Origin: Bacteroidales bacterium
GTDB lineage: Bacteria; Bacteroidota; Bacteroidia; Bacteroidales; VadinHA17
Assembly (NCBI GenBank): GCA_029210565.1
Contig: JARGFQ010000005.1
Location: 675-64,674 of the forward strand
DNA: 64,000 nt
Direction: 5' to 3'
Shown: positions 30,433 through 39,379 of the stretch, piece by piece
Numbering within the stretch: the stretch's first letter is position 1
How the letters are laid out: each line of letters begins with the position of its first letter
Program-made: the position numbers and the translations under genes
Notes under the pieces: generated by a model
Seen by the model: the letters and a program-made list of their open reading frames with translations, nothing else
Told to the model about the DNA's origin: nothing
Database searches by the model: none

Positions 30433-33314
30433 TGAAGCGAAGAAGGTTCATATCAGAGAGTGCCCTTACCGCAGCTGGCTTGCTGGCAGCAGGACGGCTG
30501 ACTCTACTTGCTGATAACCCGTCCGGAAGAGTGGCAGTCAAAGGTGCAGGCGGGCTGTACGAGCTGTTCAGAAAGCCGGAGCCTCATTTCAGACCCTTTG
30601 TGCGGTGGTGGTGGAACGGCAACAAGGTGGAGGCCGGTGAGCTTGTCAGGGAGTTGCGGCTGCTGAAGGAGGCAGGCATAGGAGGCGTGGAGATAAACCC
30701 GGTGCAGTTTCCGTCACGTTCCGAGGGCGATGATATGGAAAAACCCTCCCTGCAGTGGCTTAGCGATGAGTGGATCAGGATGCTGCAGGTGGCCTTCGAT
30801 GAGACGAAGAGTCTCGGCATGACCTGCGACCTGATAGTAGGATCGGGATGGCCCTTCGGGGCAGAGTATCTTACGAAAGAGGAGCAGGCGCAGATTGTGG
30901 TGATAGCCGTAAAAAAGCTCAGCGGGCCCCTTGATTATTCGATTTCAAGAGGTGAGATCTTCGCACTTGCCGACCCTCCTGTCAGTTCACCCCTGGAGGG
31001 CAGGAGACACAAGCTGCTTACACTTTCACTGGTACCCGATCCGCTCTCTTCAACGGTAGAGATTAGTGACCTGTCGGAGAAGATCGGAGAAGAGATAATC
31101 AACCTCTCTGTTCCCGGGGGTGATCATGCACTTTATGCCCTTGTGGAGATCAGCGGCTTCATGGAGGTCATCAACGGCGCGCCGGGTGCCAGCGGGCCTG
31201 TGCTTGATCATTACAACGAAGCAGCGGTTCGGGGATTCCTTGAGCGCATGTCAGGTGCCATAGAATCCGGTGCGGGTCCGCTCTCACATCACCTGCGGGC
31301 TCTTTTCACCGACAGCATGGAGCTGGAAGGTGCCAACTGGACCCCGGACATGAGGAGCGAATTCATCAGGAGAAGAGGTTATGATATCTTCCCCTTCCTG
31401 CCTTTTGTGCTTTTCCGTACCGGCGCCATGGGTAATGTCACCGACTACCGCTACGGTGTTGCCCTGGGGCCTGCGTTTGGGGAGATGATCAGCCGCATGA
31501 GATATGACTTCGAGACCACCAAGGCGGAACTGCTGGAAGAGCGGTTCCTGCAGACATTTGCATCGTGGTGCGGTGAGCTGAGCGTCAGCTCGCGCATGCA
31601 GGCCTACGGCCGCGGATTTTTCCCCCTGGAGAGCAGCATGGTCGTCGACATACCCGAGGGTGAGTCGTGGACCATGAACTGGCTGAAGCACCGCATAGGG
31701 GAGGAGATGCCCGAGAGTGACTACCGCCGCGGACGTGCCTACACCATGGTGAACAAATTTGTCTCCTCTGCCGCACATCTGAGCGGTAAGAGGCTCATTA
31801 GCTGCGAAGAGATGACTGACACCTACACTGTCTTTAATACATCACTCGAGAACCTGAAGGTGGGGAGCGACCAGAGCATTATTTCGGGGGTCACCCATTC
31901 CATCTTTCACGGATTCAACTACTCTCCTCCGGAGGCCCCCTGGCCGGGCTGGCTGCGCTACGGTGGCTACTTCAACGAAAATAACAACTGGTGGCCGCAT
32001 TTTCAGCTTCTAAATGAATACAAGGCCAGGCTGTCGGCAATACTGCAGAACTGCGACATGTACGCCGACATAGCCATTCTGCCGCCGACAGCTGATATGT
32101 GGAGCCTCATCGGCATGCAGAATGAGCCTTTTCCATCAGTGCTGCATGCCGAGTATCTCTCCCTGGTCTGGGAGGCGATAATCAAAAACGGCAGCGGTTG
32201 CGATTATGTCTCGGAGCGGATACTGGTCGATGCTAAGGTTGAGAAGGGCTGCCTGAGTTACGGTCCGCGAAGGTATCACACACTCTTCCTTGTGCAGGTG
32301 GAAAGTCTCGAACCTGCCACGGCAGAGAAACTGGCACAATTTGTTCTGTCAGGAGGCCGCGTTTTTTGTATTGAAACCGCTCCGTCAAAGGCTGTCGGAT
32401 GGCATAACTACTGTGATAGAGAGAGGCAGGTTAATATCGCATTTGAAAGGATGAGAGCATATCCGGAACGGTTCATAATGCTTAAAAAGCCCGAAAATAA
32501 CTTTATAGATTGGTACAGAACAGTTCAGGAGCAATACATGATTACTCCCTATATGACAATTGAAGATCCCGGACCGTTTGTGATGCAGACCCGCTACCGG
32601 GGAGATGACGGTTCAGAATATATATTCATTATCAACTCGCATCTTCATGATGCCCACAGGACCAGGATCGTCTTTTCACGGGAGATGACCCGTGGGAAAC
32701 GCTGTTCTGTCTGGGATCCGGAGAGTGGCAGACGGTTTAGGGTTAAGGGTGACGCAGAAAATGGCATTACCATTGAGCTTGGTCCTGCCGGGTCACTTCT
32801 TTTCGTCTTTGACCGCAAACGAGTGGCTGAGGAGTGGAGACCACTGCCTGCCACCGGCGGGGAGAAGCAGGTCATTGAGGGCGGATGGAGGGCTGAGTTC
32901 AGCCACTGCCGCGACGGATCATTGCGGGAGATTGTGATGGATCGGCTTACAGACCTGAAGGAGATGCCGGATTTCGTTCACTTTTCGGGCACCGTTACAT
33001 ACCGCAATACTATCAGGTGCGAGAAACCGGCAGGGACACTGATCAATCTCGGAAAGGTTTATGGCACCGCGGAGCTGAGGGTTAACGGAGTAGGCTGCGG
33101 GGTAAAGTGGTACGGACGCAGAATCTTTAACATCAGCAATCATCTTATTCCCGGAGAGAATCTGCTGGAGGTGGTTGTGACAACCTCCATGGGGAACTAT
33201 ATGAAATCACTGACTGACAATACGGTTGCTCAATACTGGACCAACGCCGGCAACAAGAACCAGCCACTGCAATCAATGGGAATGACCGGCCCGGTTGCCT
33301 GTTACAGGTTATGA
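30432..33314 (+). CDS. Large secreted glycoside hydrolase, GH106-like (alpha-L-rhamnosidase-type) with C-terminal jelly-roll; family assignment tentative
   Basis: It has a Tat-like signal MKRRRFISESALTAAGLLAAG, and the N-terminal block FRPFVRWWWNGNKVEAGELVRELRLLKEAGIGGVEINPV is typical of this hydrolase family. The ATG overlaps the thpR stop by 1 nt. Confidence 0.6.
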   Translation: MKRRRFISESALTAAGLLAAGRLTLLADNPSGRVAVKGAGGLYELFRKPEPHFRPFVRWWWNGNKVEAGELVRELRLLKEAGIGGVEINPVQFPSRSEGDDMEKPSLQWLSDEWIRMLQVAFDETKSLGMTCDLIVGSGWPFGAEYLTKEEQAQIVVIAVKKLSGPLDYSISRGEIFALADPPVSSPLEGRRHKLLTLSLVPDPLSSTVEISDLSEKIGEEIINLSVPGGDHALYALVEISGFMEVINGAPGASGPVLDHYNEAAVRGFLERMSGAIESGAGPLSHHLRALFTDSMELEGANWTPDMRSEFIRRRGYDIFPFLPFVLFRTGAMGNVTDYRYGVALGPAFGEMISRMRYDFETTKAELLEERFLQTFASWCGELSVSSRMQAYGRGFFPLESSMVVDIPEGESWTMNWLKHRIGEEMPESDYRRGRAYTMVNKFVSSAAHLSGKRLISCEEMTDTYTVFNTSLENLKVGSDQSIISGVTHSIFHGFNYSPPEAPWPGWLRYGGYFNENNNWWPHFQLLNEYKARLSAILQNCDMYADIAILPPTADMWSLIGMQNEPFPSVLHAEYLSLVWEAIIKNGSGCDYVSERILVDAKVEKGCLSYGPRRYHTLFLVQVESLEPATAEKLAQFVLSGGRVFCIETAPSKAVGWHNYCDRERQVNIAFERMRAYPERFIMLKKPENNFIDWYRTVQEQYMITPYMTIEDPGPFVMQTRYRGDDGSEYIFIINSHLHDAHRTRIVFSREMTRGKRCSVWDPESGRRFRVKGDAENGITIELGPAGSLLFVFDRKRVAEEWRPLPATGGEKQVIEGGWRAEFSHCRDGSLREIVMDRLTDLKEMPDFVHFSGTVTYRNTIRCEKPAGTLINLGKVYGTAELRVNGVGCGVKWYGRRIFNISNHLIPGENLLEVVVTTSMGNYMKSLTDNTVAQYWTNAGNKNQPLQSMGMTGPVACYRL

Positions 33315-33412
33315 AACTGACTTCGAATGCAAAACAGGCTTATCCACCGGCACGACAGAAATAATGAGAACAATACGGGTGCACTGTCGCACCCGGCAAA
33401 AAACTTGAAATT

Positions 33413-34879
33413 ATGAAAACAGGCAAGATCTTATTGACCCTGACACTGACTGCTGCTTCACTGCTGCTTCAGGCAAAGGATTACAACGCATCGATGTTCG
33501 GTGCAAAATCAAACGGTACCACTCTCAACACGAACTCTATCCAGAAGGGTATTGACTATATAAGTGAGAACGGCGGAGGAAGGCTGGTCTTTTATGTCGG
33601 CCGTTACCTGACCGGAACCATCTACCTAAAATCAAATGTGACCATCCATCTCGAGGAAGGTGCGATACTCGTCGGTTCAACCAACCCTTTCGATTACGAG
33701 AGGAGTTACAACTGGACCGCCATGATCTTTGCGCTGGATCAGGAGAATATAGGCATTACCGGCAAGGGGGTGATAGACGGCCAGGGGTTCCGGGTGGCTA
33801 ACAATCTTGTTGACATGATCCACAAGGGAGTGGTCAAAGACCCGCTCAAGTATGACCGGCCGAATGAGACTATCCGTCCGCAGAACATCTACTTCAGGGG
33901 GTGCCGCAACATTGTCATCAGGGACATAATGCTGAAGGATCCCGGCAGCTGGAACCAGCAGTACGACCAGTGCCGCAATATTGTCATTGACAATATCACA
34001 GTCGACAGCAAGTCGTACTGGAACAACGACGGTGTCGACATAGTCGATTGCGACAGTGTGGTGGTCTCAAACTCCTACTTCGATGCCGCCGATGACGGCA
34101 TCTGCCTGAAGTCGCACAGCGCCGACTTCATCTGCCAGAATGTGCACATTTACAACAACACGGTCAGGACGAGTGCCAACGGCATCAAGTTCGGCACTGT
34201 GGGCCGCGGGGGATTCCGCAATATCACCATTGTCAACAACCTCGTTTTTGACACCTACAGGTCAGCAGTAACTTTTGCTGCCGTTGACGGTGGCATCGTC
34301 GAGAATATAGTTGTTGACAGTCTCAGGTCTCTGAACACTGGTAATGTCATCTTCCTGCGTATCGGCAAGAGAAGCGGCACAAAGACCGGAAGCATCAATG
34401 GGGTAACCATAAAGAATGTATATGCGGAAGTGCCGGCCACCAAACCCGACGCCGGGTATAACTACGAAGGCCCGATGGAGGATCTGCCGCGCAACGTTTC
34501 TCCTTCGATCATTTCAGGCATGCCTGATGCCATGATAGAGAATATCACCCTGAAGAACATAGAGATACATTATCCGGGCGGAGGTAATCCCCATTACGCA
34601 AAGGTGGGTCTCGATGAGCTTGACAGGGTGCCCGAGCTCGTGAAGAACTACCCGGAATTCTCAATGTTCAAGGAGCTGCCGGCATGGGGCTTCTACATCA
34701 GGCATGCAAAGGGGATCACCTTCGAGAACGTAAGGCTGGTGTGTGATAAAAAGGATTACCGTACGGCAGTGGTGCTTGACGATGTTCATGGAGCTGCCTT
34801 CCGCGACCTTCAGGTATCGGAACCCGGAGGGAAAAAGAAACCGGTGTTTCATTACAGGTCAACAGATATCGTACTGTAA
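33413..34879 (+). CDS. GH28 family glycoside hydrolase (polygalacturonase/rhamnogalacturonase-like beta-helix)
   Basis: It has a signal peptide and the GH28 motifs WNNDGVDIVDC, AADDGICLKS and SANGIKFG. Confidence 0.85.
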   Translation: MKTGKILLTLTLTAASLLLQAKDYNASMFGAKSNGTTLNTNSIQKGIDYISENGGGRLVFYVGRYLTGTIYLKSNVTIHLEEGAILVGSTNPFDYERSYNWTAMIFALDQENIGITGKGVIDGQGFRVANNLVDMIHKGVVKDPLKYDRPNETIRPQNIYFRGCRNIVIRDIMLKDPGSWNQQYDQCRNIVIDNITVDSKSYWNNDGVDIVDCDSVVVSNSYFDAADDGICLKSHSADFICQNVHIYNNTVRTSANGIKFGTVGRGGFRNITIVNNLVFDTYRSAVTFAAVDGGIVENIVVDSLRSLNTGNVIFLRIGKRSGTKTGSINGVTIKNVYAEVPATKPDAGYNYEGPMEDLPRNVSPSIISGMPDAMIENITLKNIEIHYPGGGNPHYAKVGLDELDRVPELVKNYPEFSMFKELPAWGFYIRHAKGITFENVRLVCDKKDYRTAVVLDDVHGAAFRDLQVSEPGGKKKPVFHYRSTDIVL

Positions 34880-35003
34880 AGATTGTGAAGCATCTCATAT
34901 GACAGGAGAACGTTGGCAATTACCGGCAGTTGCCTGACAGGAGAGCCGCCCGGGTCATCCAGGATCTGAAATTTTGATGAGGAGATGATCAGAGCCCTTT
35001 TCG

Positions 35004-35693
35004 TTATCCCAGTTCTGATATCTTGCTCAGCAGGGGGTTGTCAATTATCCTGACGTCACGACCCTGGACGCTTATAATGCCTTCCTTTCTGAGCTCCGTC
35101 AGCAGCCTGACGGTATTCTCCTCTGAGATTGCGGACATCTCTCCCAGCTCCTTTCTGGTCACTGGCAGTCTGAAGCTGTCAGTGCCGTAGAATGAGGCCA
35201 GCGACAGCAGGCTTTCGGCGATTCTCCCCCTGATGTTTTTCTGATTGAGGCAGATTATCTTTTTCATTATCAGGGCAACTGATTTGCCGAATGCCCTGTT
35301 GAGCCTGAGAAGTACCTCGTGGTTCCCGAGATAGAGTTCCTTGAGAAGGTCGAGTTTCACCATGCAGACCTGAGCATCTTCAATGGCGGTTACGGAGTAG
35401 GTGTAATGGATACTCTCGAAGAATGAGAGCAGGCCGATGTAGGCAGGTGGCCTCATGAGATACAGTATGATGTTATGGCCGTTGATCCCCTCGATGTACA
35501 GCTTTGCCGTGCCCGAGGTCAGGTAGATTGCATGGCTGACACTGTCGCCCTGCCTGCATATCATCTCATGCTTGCGGAACCCGGCCCTTATAATACTTGA
35601 TTCGGGAAAAGCCTTCCCGTAGCTCCTGAAGGCATCATAGAGATCACACTTGTGTTTGCATGCTTCGCAGGGCATCTTCCCGGTAATTCTCAT
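35004..35693 (-). CDS. Crp/Fnr-family transcription factor with N-terminal Cys cluster (Fnr-like)
   Basis: It has a cNMP-binding-like beta-roll and a C-terminal HTH (RKELGEMSAISEENTVRLLTELRKEG). The N-terminus MPCEACKHKC has C-x2-C-x3-C, and there are internal Cys residues. Confidence 0.85.
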   Translation of the reverse strand: MRITGKMPCEACKHKCDLYDAFRSYGKAFPESSIIRAGFRKHEMICRQGDSVSHAIYLTSGTAKLYIEGINGHNIILYLMRPPAYIGLLSFFESIHYTYSVTAIEDAQVCMVKLDLLKELYLGNHEVLLRLNRAFGKSVALIMKKIICLNQKNIRGRIAESLLSLASFYGTDSFRLPVTRKELGEMSAISEENTVRLLTELRKEGIISVQGRDVRIIDNPLLSKISELG

Positions 35694-35786
35694 TATCAGT
35701 CGGTTATAGTAAACTATTGAAACACTTCACAACTGCACAATCGCTAAACCGGGCATCATGCCGGTCAAAAATCCGATTGTCATCAA

Positions 35787-35794
35787 CAAATATA
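35787..35794 (-). promoter_or_regulatory. Candidate -7 box (TATATTTG) of the Fnr-like gene
   Basis: The plus-strand CAAATATA is the reverse complement of TAnnTTTG and sits immediately next to the Fnr box. Confidence 0.35.
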
Positions 35795-35795
35795 G

Positions 35796-35809
35796 TTGAT
35801 TTATATCAA
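35796..35809. promoter_or_regulatory. Perfect Fnr/Crp-type palindrome TTGAT-TTAT-ATCAA
   Basis: TTGATTTATATCAA was read directly in the 206-bp divergent spacer between the Fnr-like gene and the DUF4212/SSS operon. Confidence 0.7.
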
Positions 35810-35899
35810 TGTTACATTGCAAGATTATGCCGCGAACAACATGTCTCAAATTCTCTATTTTAGTCAATCGTAAAATCGTTACCAAACACCCTGCAATCT

Positions 35900-36670
35900 A
35901 TGGAATCAAGCGATCAGTACAATTTTAGTATTTTCTCTCCCCGTAATAAGCATGGACGAAAGAACAGGAATGTCATTTTCTCAATGCTTGCAATATGGGC
36001 GGTGGCAGTTTTCGGTTTTCAGTTCCTGCTGAGGGCAATAGAGAAGCCTACACCCGAAAAGGCTCTTACAGTTTTTGAATCTGAGTGGCCCGCTGTGACG
36101 GGGGGTAATGAGGAAATGGCCGACTACCAGGCTATCCTCACTTCACTACTTATGGTAAAAGGTAAGAATACTGTTGCCACAGGTGATCAGCAGCTTCTTA
36201 GTGAGGCAATTAGCACAGTTACATTCCGGATGGTACCCAAATCCCTCAATACGCAGGTAATGGAGAAGGTTGCCGCATTGGAGTTGATGCATGCAGACAT
36301 AGCCGCTTTGAAGGGCCAGGAGTATATGGACCTTAAATTCCGGATACAGGATGCCAGCTCCGGCCTGATAGGAATGCTTGAACCATATACAGGATACGGG
36401 ACAACAAGCCTTGAGGCGCCGATACTTGCTGCAAGTCTCAGAAAGGATTACCCTGCTTCACTGACCGAGGCATCTCTCAGCCGTCTGCCAGACATTATGA
36501 AACTGTATCTCACCCATAACCAGTCGGTGCTTACTGATACAAAATTCCTGGGATTTCCTTTCCATTACTTCTACACTGCCGTCTTTCTGCTGGTGCTTTT
36601 CGTGGTGCTTTGCATAGTCTACAACAGACTGATAGAATGGCGCTTAAACAGGGAAGGCATTGTTGAATAA
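35900..36670 (+). CDS. DUF4212-like solute:sodium symporter small subunit with a ~165-aa insertion between its two TM segments
   Basis: The N-terminal block is RKNRNVIFSMLAIWAVAVFGFQFLL and the C-terminal block is FLGFPFHYFYTAVFLLVLFVVLCIVYNRLIEW. These match the two halves of the normally ~90-aa family. The gene lies directly upstream of an SSS transporter. Confidence 0.6.
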   Translation: MESSDQYNFSIFSPRNKHGRKNRNVIFSMLAIWAVAVFGFQFLLRAIEKPTPEKALTVFESEWPAVTGGNEEMADYQAILTSLLMVKGKNTVATGDQQLLSEAISTVTFRMVPKSLNTQVMEKVAALELMHADIAALKGQEYMDLKFRIQDASSGLIGMLEPYTGYGTTSLEAPILAASLRKDYPASLTEASLSRLPDIMKLYLTHNQSVLTDTKFLGFPFHYFYTAVFLLVLFVVLCIVYNRLIEWRLNREGIVE

Positions 36671-36688
36671 GTTAATTTGCAGAGAGAG

Positions 36689-38368
36689 ATGAAAAAGTTA
36701 TACTTCACATTTATATTACTCCTGTCGGGAGCAATTTCATTAAATGCACAAAATCTCACCCAGCTCGAGGGAAGTTTCAAGACAGGTCCGGCAATCATAC
36801 TTATTGCGATTCTTGTGACATTTGTCCTGGTAGGTATCTTTTTCCGTGCCAAGGATCCTACCGACTATTATGCTGCCGGAAGGAGCATTTCCAAGGTCGG
36901 TTCGGGTATGGCCATCGCATCGAACTGGATGAGTGCAGCATCAGTGCTGGGTATGGCGGGGATGATGTACGGCTTCGGCTACAACGGTCTCGCTTATGTT
37001 GTGGGCTGGACGGGAGGTTATGTTCTGCTGCTGATTCTGATGGCTGCCCAGATCAGGAAATACGGCAAGTATACCGCACCCGACTTTATTGGTGACAGGT
37101 TCTACTCGCGTGATCTGAGGATCGTGAGCGCCATTTTCACAATACTGATATCATTTGCCTACTGCGTGGGACAGTTCGGAGGCATCGGGCTTATGTTCAA
37201 ATGGATCCTGGGCCTTAACTACTCATGGGCGGTCATCATCGGCTCGTCGGTCGTACTGCTCTACACGCTGATCTCCGGAATGATAGGGGCGACGAAGAAC
37301 ATGCAGATACAGTATGTCATTATCGTCACCTCGTTTATGCTTCCGGTATTCATTCTGGCTTTCAAGTTTGATTATTTCTGGCTGTTGCCTCAGATTGGTT
37401 ACGGGGCGGCTGTGACGGACATTGTTCAGGGCATGCCGGCGCCCAACATATCTGACGGTATGGTACTGCTCAATGCCTACAGTCACAACTTCTCCATCGT
37501 TCCCAGTCCTGAATATGCAATGCCGTGGGACCCCTCAACAGGCACAACCTTCTTCCAGTGGATGGCCATCTGTTTTTCACTGATGGTTGGCACGGCAGGA
37601 CTGCCGCACGTGATACAGAGGTTTTACGTCGTGCCGAAGATTACCGATGCACGGTGGTCAGTTGTCTGGGGGCTCTTCTTCATCAGCCTGGTATACTGGA
37701 CTGCGCCTGCGTATGCAACATTCGGAAAGATCCTCTCATCGAATCCCGAGGTGGGCGTGCTTGCCAAGGATGCCATCGTCGTTTACACTGCCCAGCTTGG
37801 TGGAGTGAACTCACTGATCGTAGGCCTGCTTGCCGCAGGCGCCGTCTCGGCAGCCTTCTCCACCGTCTCGGGTCTTCTTGTGGCAGGTGCCTCTGCCTTC
37901 TCGCATGACCTTTATGTCAAGGTCATCAATCCTGCCTCAACCCCGAAGCAACAGCTGAAAATTGCACGGTGGGGCACTGTTCTCATGGCCGTGCTGGTGA
38001 CGGTAGTGGCATTGATGAAGCTGGGACTGATTGCGCAGCTTGTATCCGTCGCTTTTTCAATGGCAGCATGCACCATTTTTCCGCTCTTCCTCCTTGGCAT
38101 CTGGTGGAGCGGAGCAAACAGGGCAGGAGCAAAAGCCGGTCTCTTCGCAGGCAGTCTTGTCACTTTCATCGCCCTGACATACTTCATCGTTGGCCTCAGC
38201 GGAGGCTCCCTTCCGGGCCAGGCCTTCATCTCATACTGGCTTAATGTGTGGTATTTTGCATGGTTTGGAGCGCCACTGGCGATTGTGGTAAATATTATCG
38301 TATCCTTACTGACAAAACCGACACCCCTGGAGATTAAGAAATTTCTTGCTGAACAGGTTCACAATTGA
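36689..38368 (+). CDS. Sodium:solute symporter (SSS) family transporter
   Basis: It has about 13 TMs and typical SSS blocks (YYAAGRSIS, GMAIASNWMSAASVLGMAG, LPHVIQRFY). The ATG at 36689 is preferred over the TTG at 36677. Confidence 0.85.
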   Translation: MKKLYFTFILLLSGAISLNAQNLTQLEGSFKTGPAIILIAILVTFVLVGIFFRAKDPTDYYAAGRSISKVGSGMAIASNWMSAASVLGMAGMMYGFGYNGLAYVVGWTGGYVLLLILMAAQIRKYGKYTAPDFIGDRFYSRDLRIVSAIFTILISFAYCVGQFGGIGLMFKWILGLNYSWAVIIGSSVVLLYTLISGMIGATKNMQIQYVIIVTSFMLPVFILAFKFDYFWLLPQIGYGAAVTDIVQGMPAPNISDGMVLLNAYSHNFSIVPSPEYAMPWDPSTGTTFFQWMAICFSLMVGTAGLPHVIQRFYVVPKITDARWSVVWGLFFISLVYWTAPAYATFGKILSSNPEVGVLAKDAIVVYTAQLGGVNSLIVGLLAAGAVSAAFSTVSGLLVAGASAFSHDLYVKVINPASTPKQQLKIARWGTVLMAVLVTVVALMKLGLIAQLVSVAFSMAACTIFPLFLLGIWWSGANRAGAKAGLFAGSLVTFIALTYFIVGLSGGSLPGQAFISYWLNVWYFAWFGAPLAIVVNIIVSLLTKPTPLEIKKFLAEQVHN

Positions 38369-39144
38369 TGAGTCTAAAAGATCTGACTGTTATATCACCG
38401 GGAACCAGGAAATTGCTGGCAATAACCATTTCGGTTGCATTGGCGGCTGTGATCTTTGCATTTTTCTATTACCGGGGTGTCAACAGGTCAGAAGACCCCC
38501 GGGTAGCAAAGGCCCGTGAGTATATGGCGGAGTATGACCGGCTCTCGGGCGGGACAGAGAGCTATGCCCTGTTCCACCTGCTTGATTCCGCAAACCTGAT
38601 TTACAGGAGGGTGCCAGGGTACGGTTCTTCTTACGAGACAGGCGTCATATACAATAATAAGGGCAGCAGCCTGCTGATGAAAGCGCTGTATGACAGCTCT
38701 TTAACGGAGTCGGGCAAAGTCGCATTCCTTGAGCTTTCCGTCACCTACTGCGACAGCGCCGTTATGGTTTACAGGAACTGGCTTGATGAGTGGGAGGCGT
38801 TCTCAGAAGAGGAGGTTGCAGTGAAGCTGACGGAGGGAATGAGTGAAAACGACCCTGCCTTTGCGGGGCTGAATTTCAAGAGTGTCTTCAGAAAACGTGT
38901 TAAGGATATGATGCTCGCCCGGGTCGAAACCCCGCGGAGGCTATCTGTCAGCTATACCAACAAGGGTACTGCATACCGTCACCTGATGATGCCGGATTCA
39001 GCGCTGGTATTTTATGAAAGGGCACTTTCAATATGGAAGCATAACCGTACGGCAGAGAGCAACCTGAGCGTGCTACTCGGCGGCGAGCCGGTGAAGCCGG
39101 GGATTATCGAGTCGCTCTTTCCTCCGGACAGGAAGAAAAAGTGA
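38368..39144 (+). CDS. Membrane-anchored TPR-like protein
   Basis: It has an N-terminal TM (LLAITISVALAAVIFAFFYY) and TPR-like segments (YTNKGTAYRHLMMPDSALVFYERALSIW). The ATG overlaps the SSS stop (TGATG). Confidence 0.55.
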   Translation: MSLKDLTVISPGTRKLLAITISVALAAVIFAFFYYRGVNRSEDPRVAKAREYMAEYDRLSGGTESYALFHLLDSANLIYRRVPGYGSSYETGVIYNNKGSSLLMKALYDSSLTESGKVAFLELSVTYCDSAVMVYRNWLDEWEAFSEEEVAVKLTEGMSENDPAFAGLNFKSVFRKRVKDMMLARVETPRRLSVSYTNKGTAYRHLMMPDSALVFYERALSIWKHNRTAESNLSVLLGGEPVKPGIIESLFPPDRKKK

Positions 39145-39286
39145 AAGACAGACATAACAGATTCTCCGGTGCGAAGAAGAACCAGATGACAGGTTGATCA
39201 GGCAATCCGACAGGAGAAAAATTGAACGACAAACCGATCAGACGAAAAGACCAGGATCAAAAAATGAAATCAAAACAGAATAGGAT

Positions 39287-39360
39287 GAAACTTACATGTG
39301 CAGTAACCCGAAAAGGGGAATGATTATTTCACCACATGTAAGTTCCATTAGACCAATGAA
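39287..39360 (+). promoter_or_regulatory. Conserved 74-nt hairpin + AGACCAATGAA box, copy B, ending 19 nt before the start codon at 39380
   Basis: The stem pairs 39289..39300 (AACTTACATGTG) with 39333..39344 (CACATGTAAGTT), a perfect 12 bp. It is followed by ATTAGACCAATGAA (39347..39360). Confidence 0.55.
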
Positions 39361-39379
39361 ATTATAATTAAATAATCTA

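Noticed and set aside
33377-33394. GGGTGC-N6-GCACCC hairpin 19 nt upstream of the GH28 start as a terminator
   Set aside because: On the transcribed strand it is followed by an A-run rather than a T-run, and the stem is only 6 bp.
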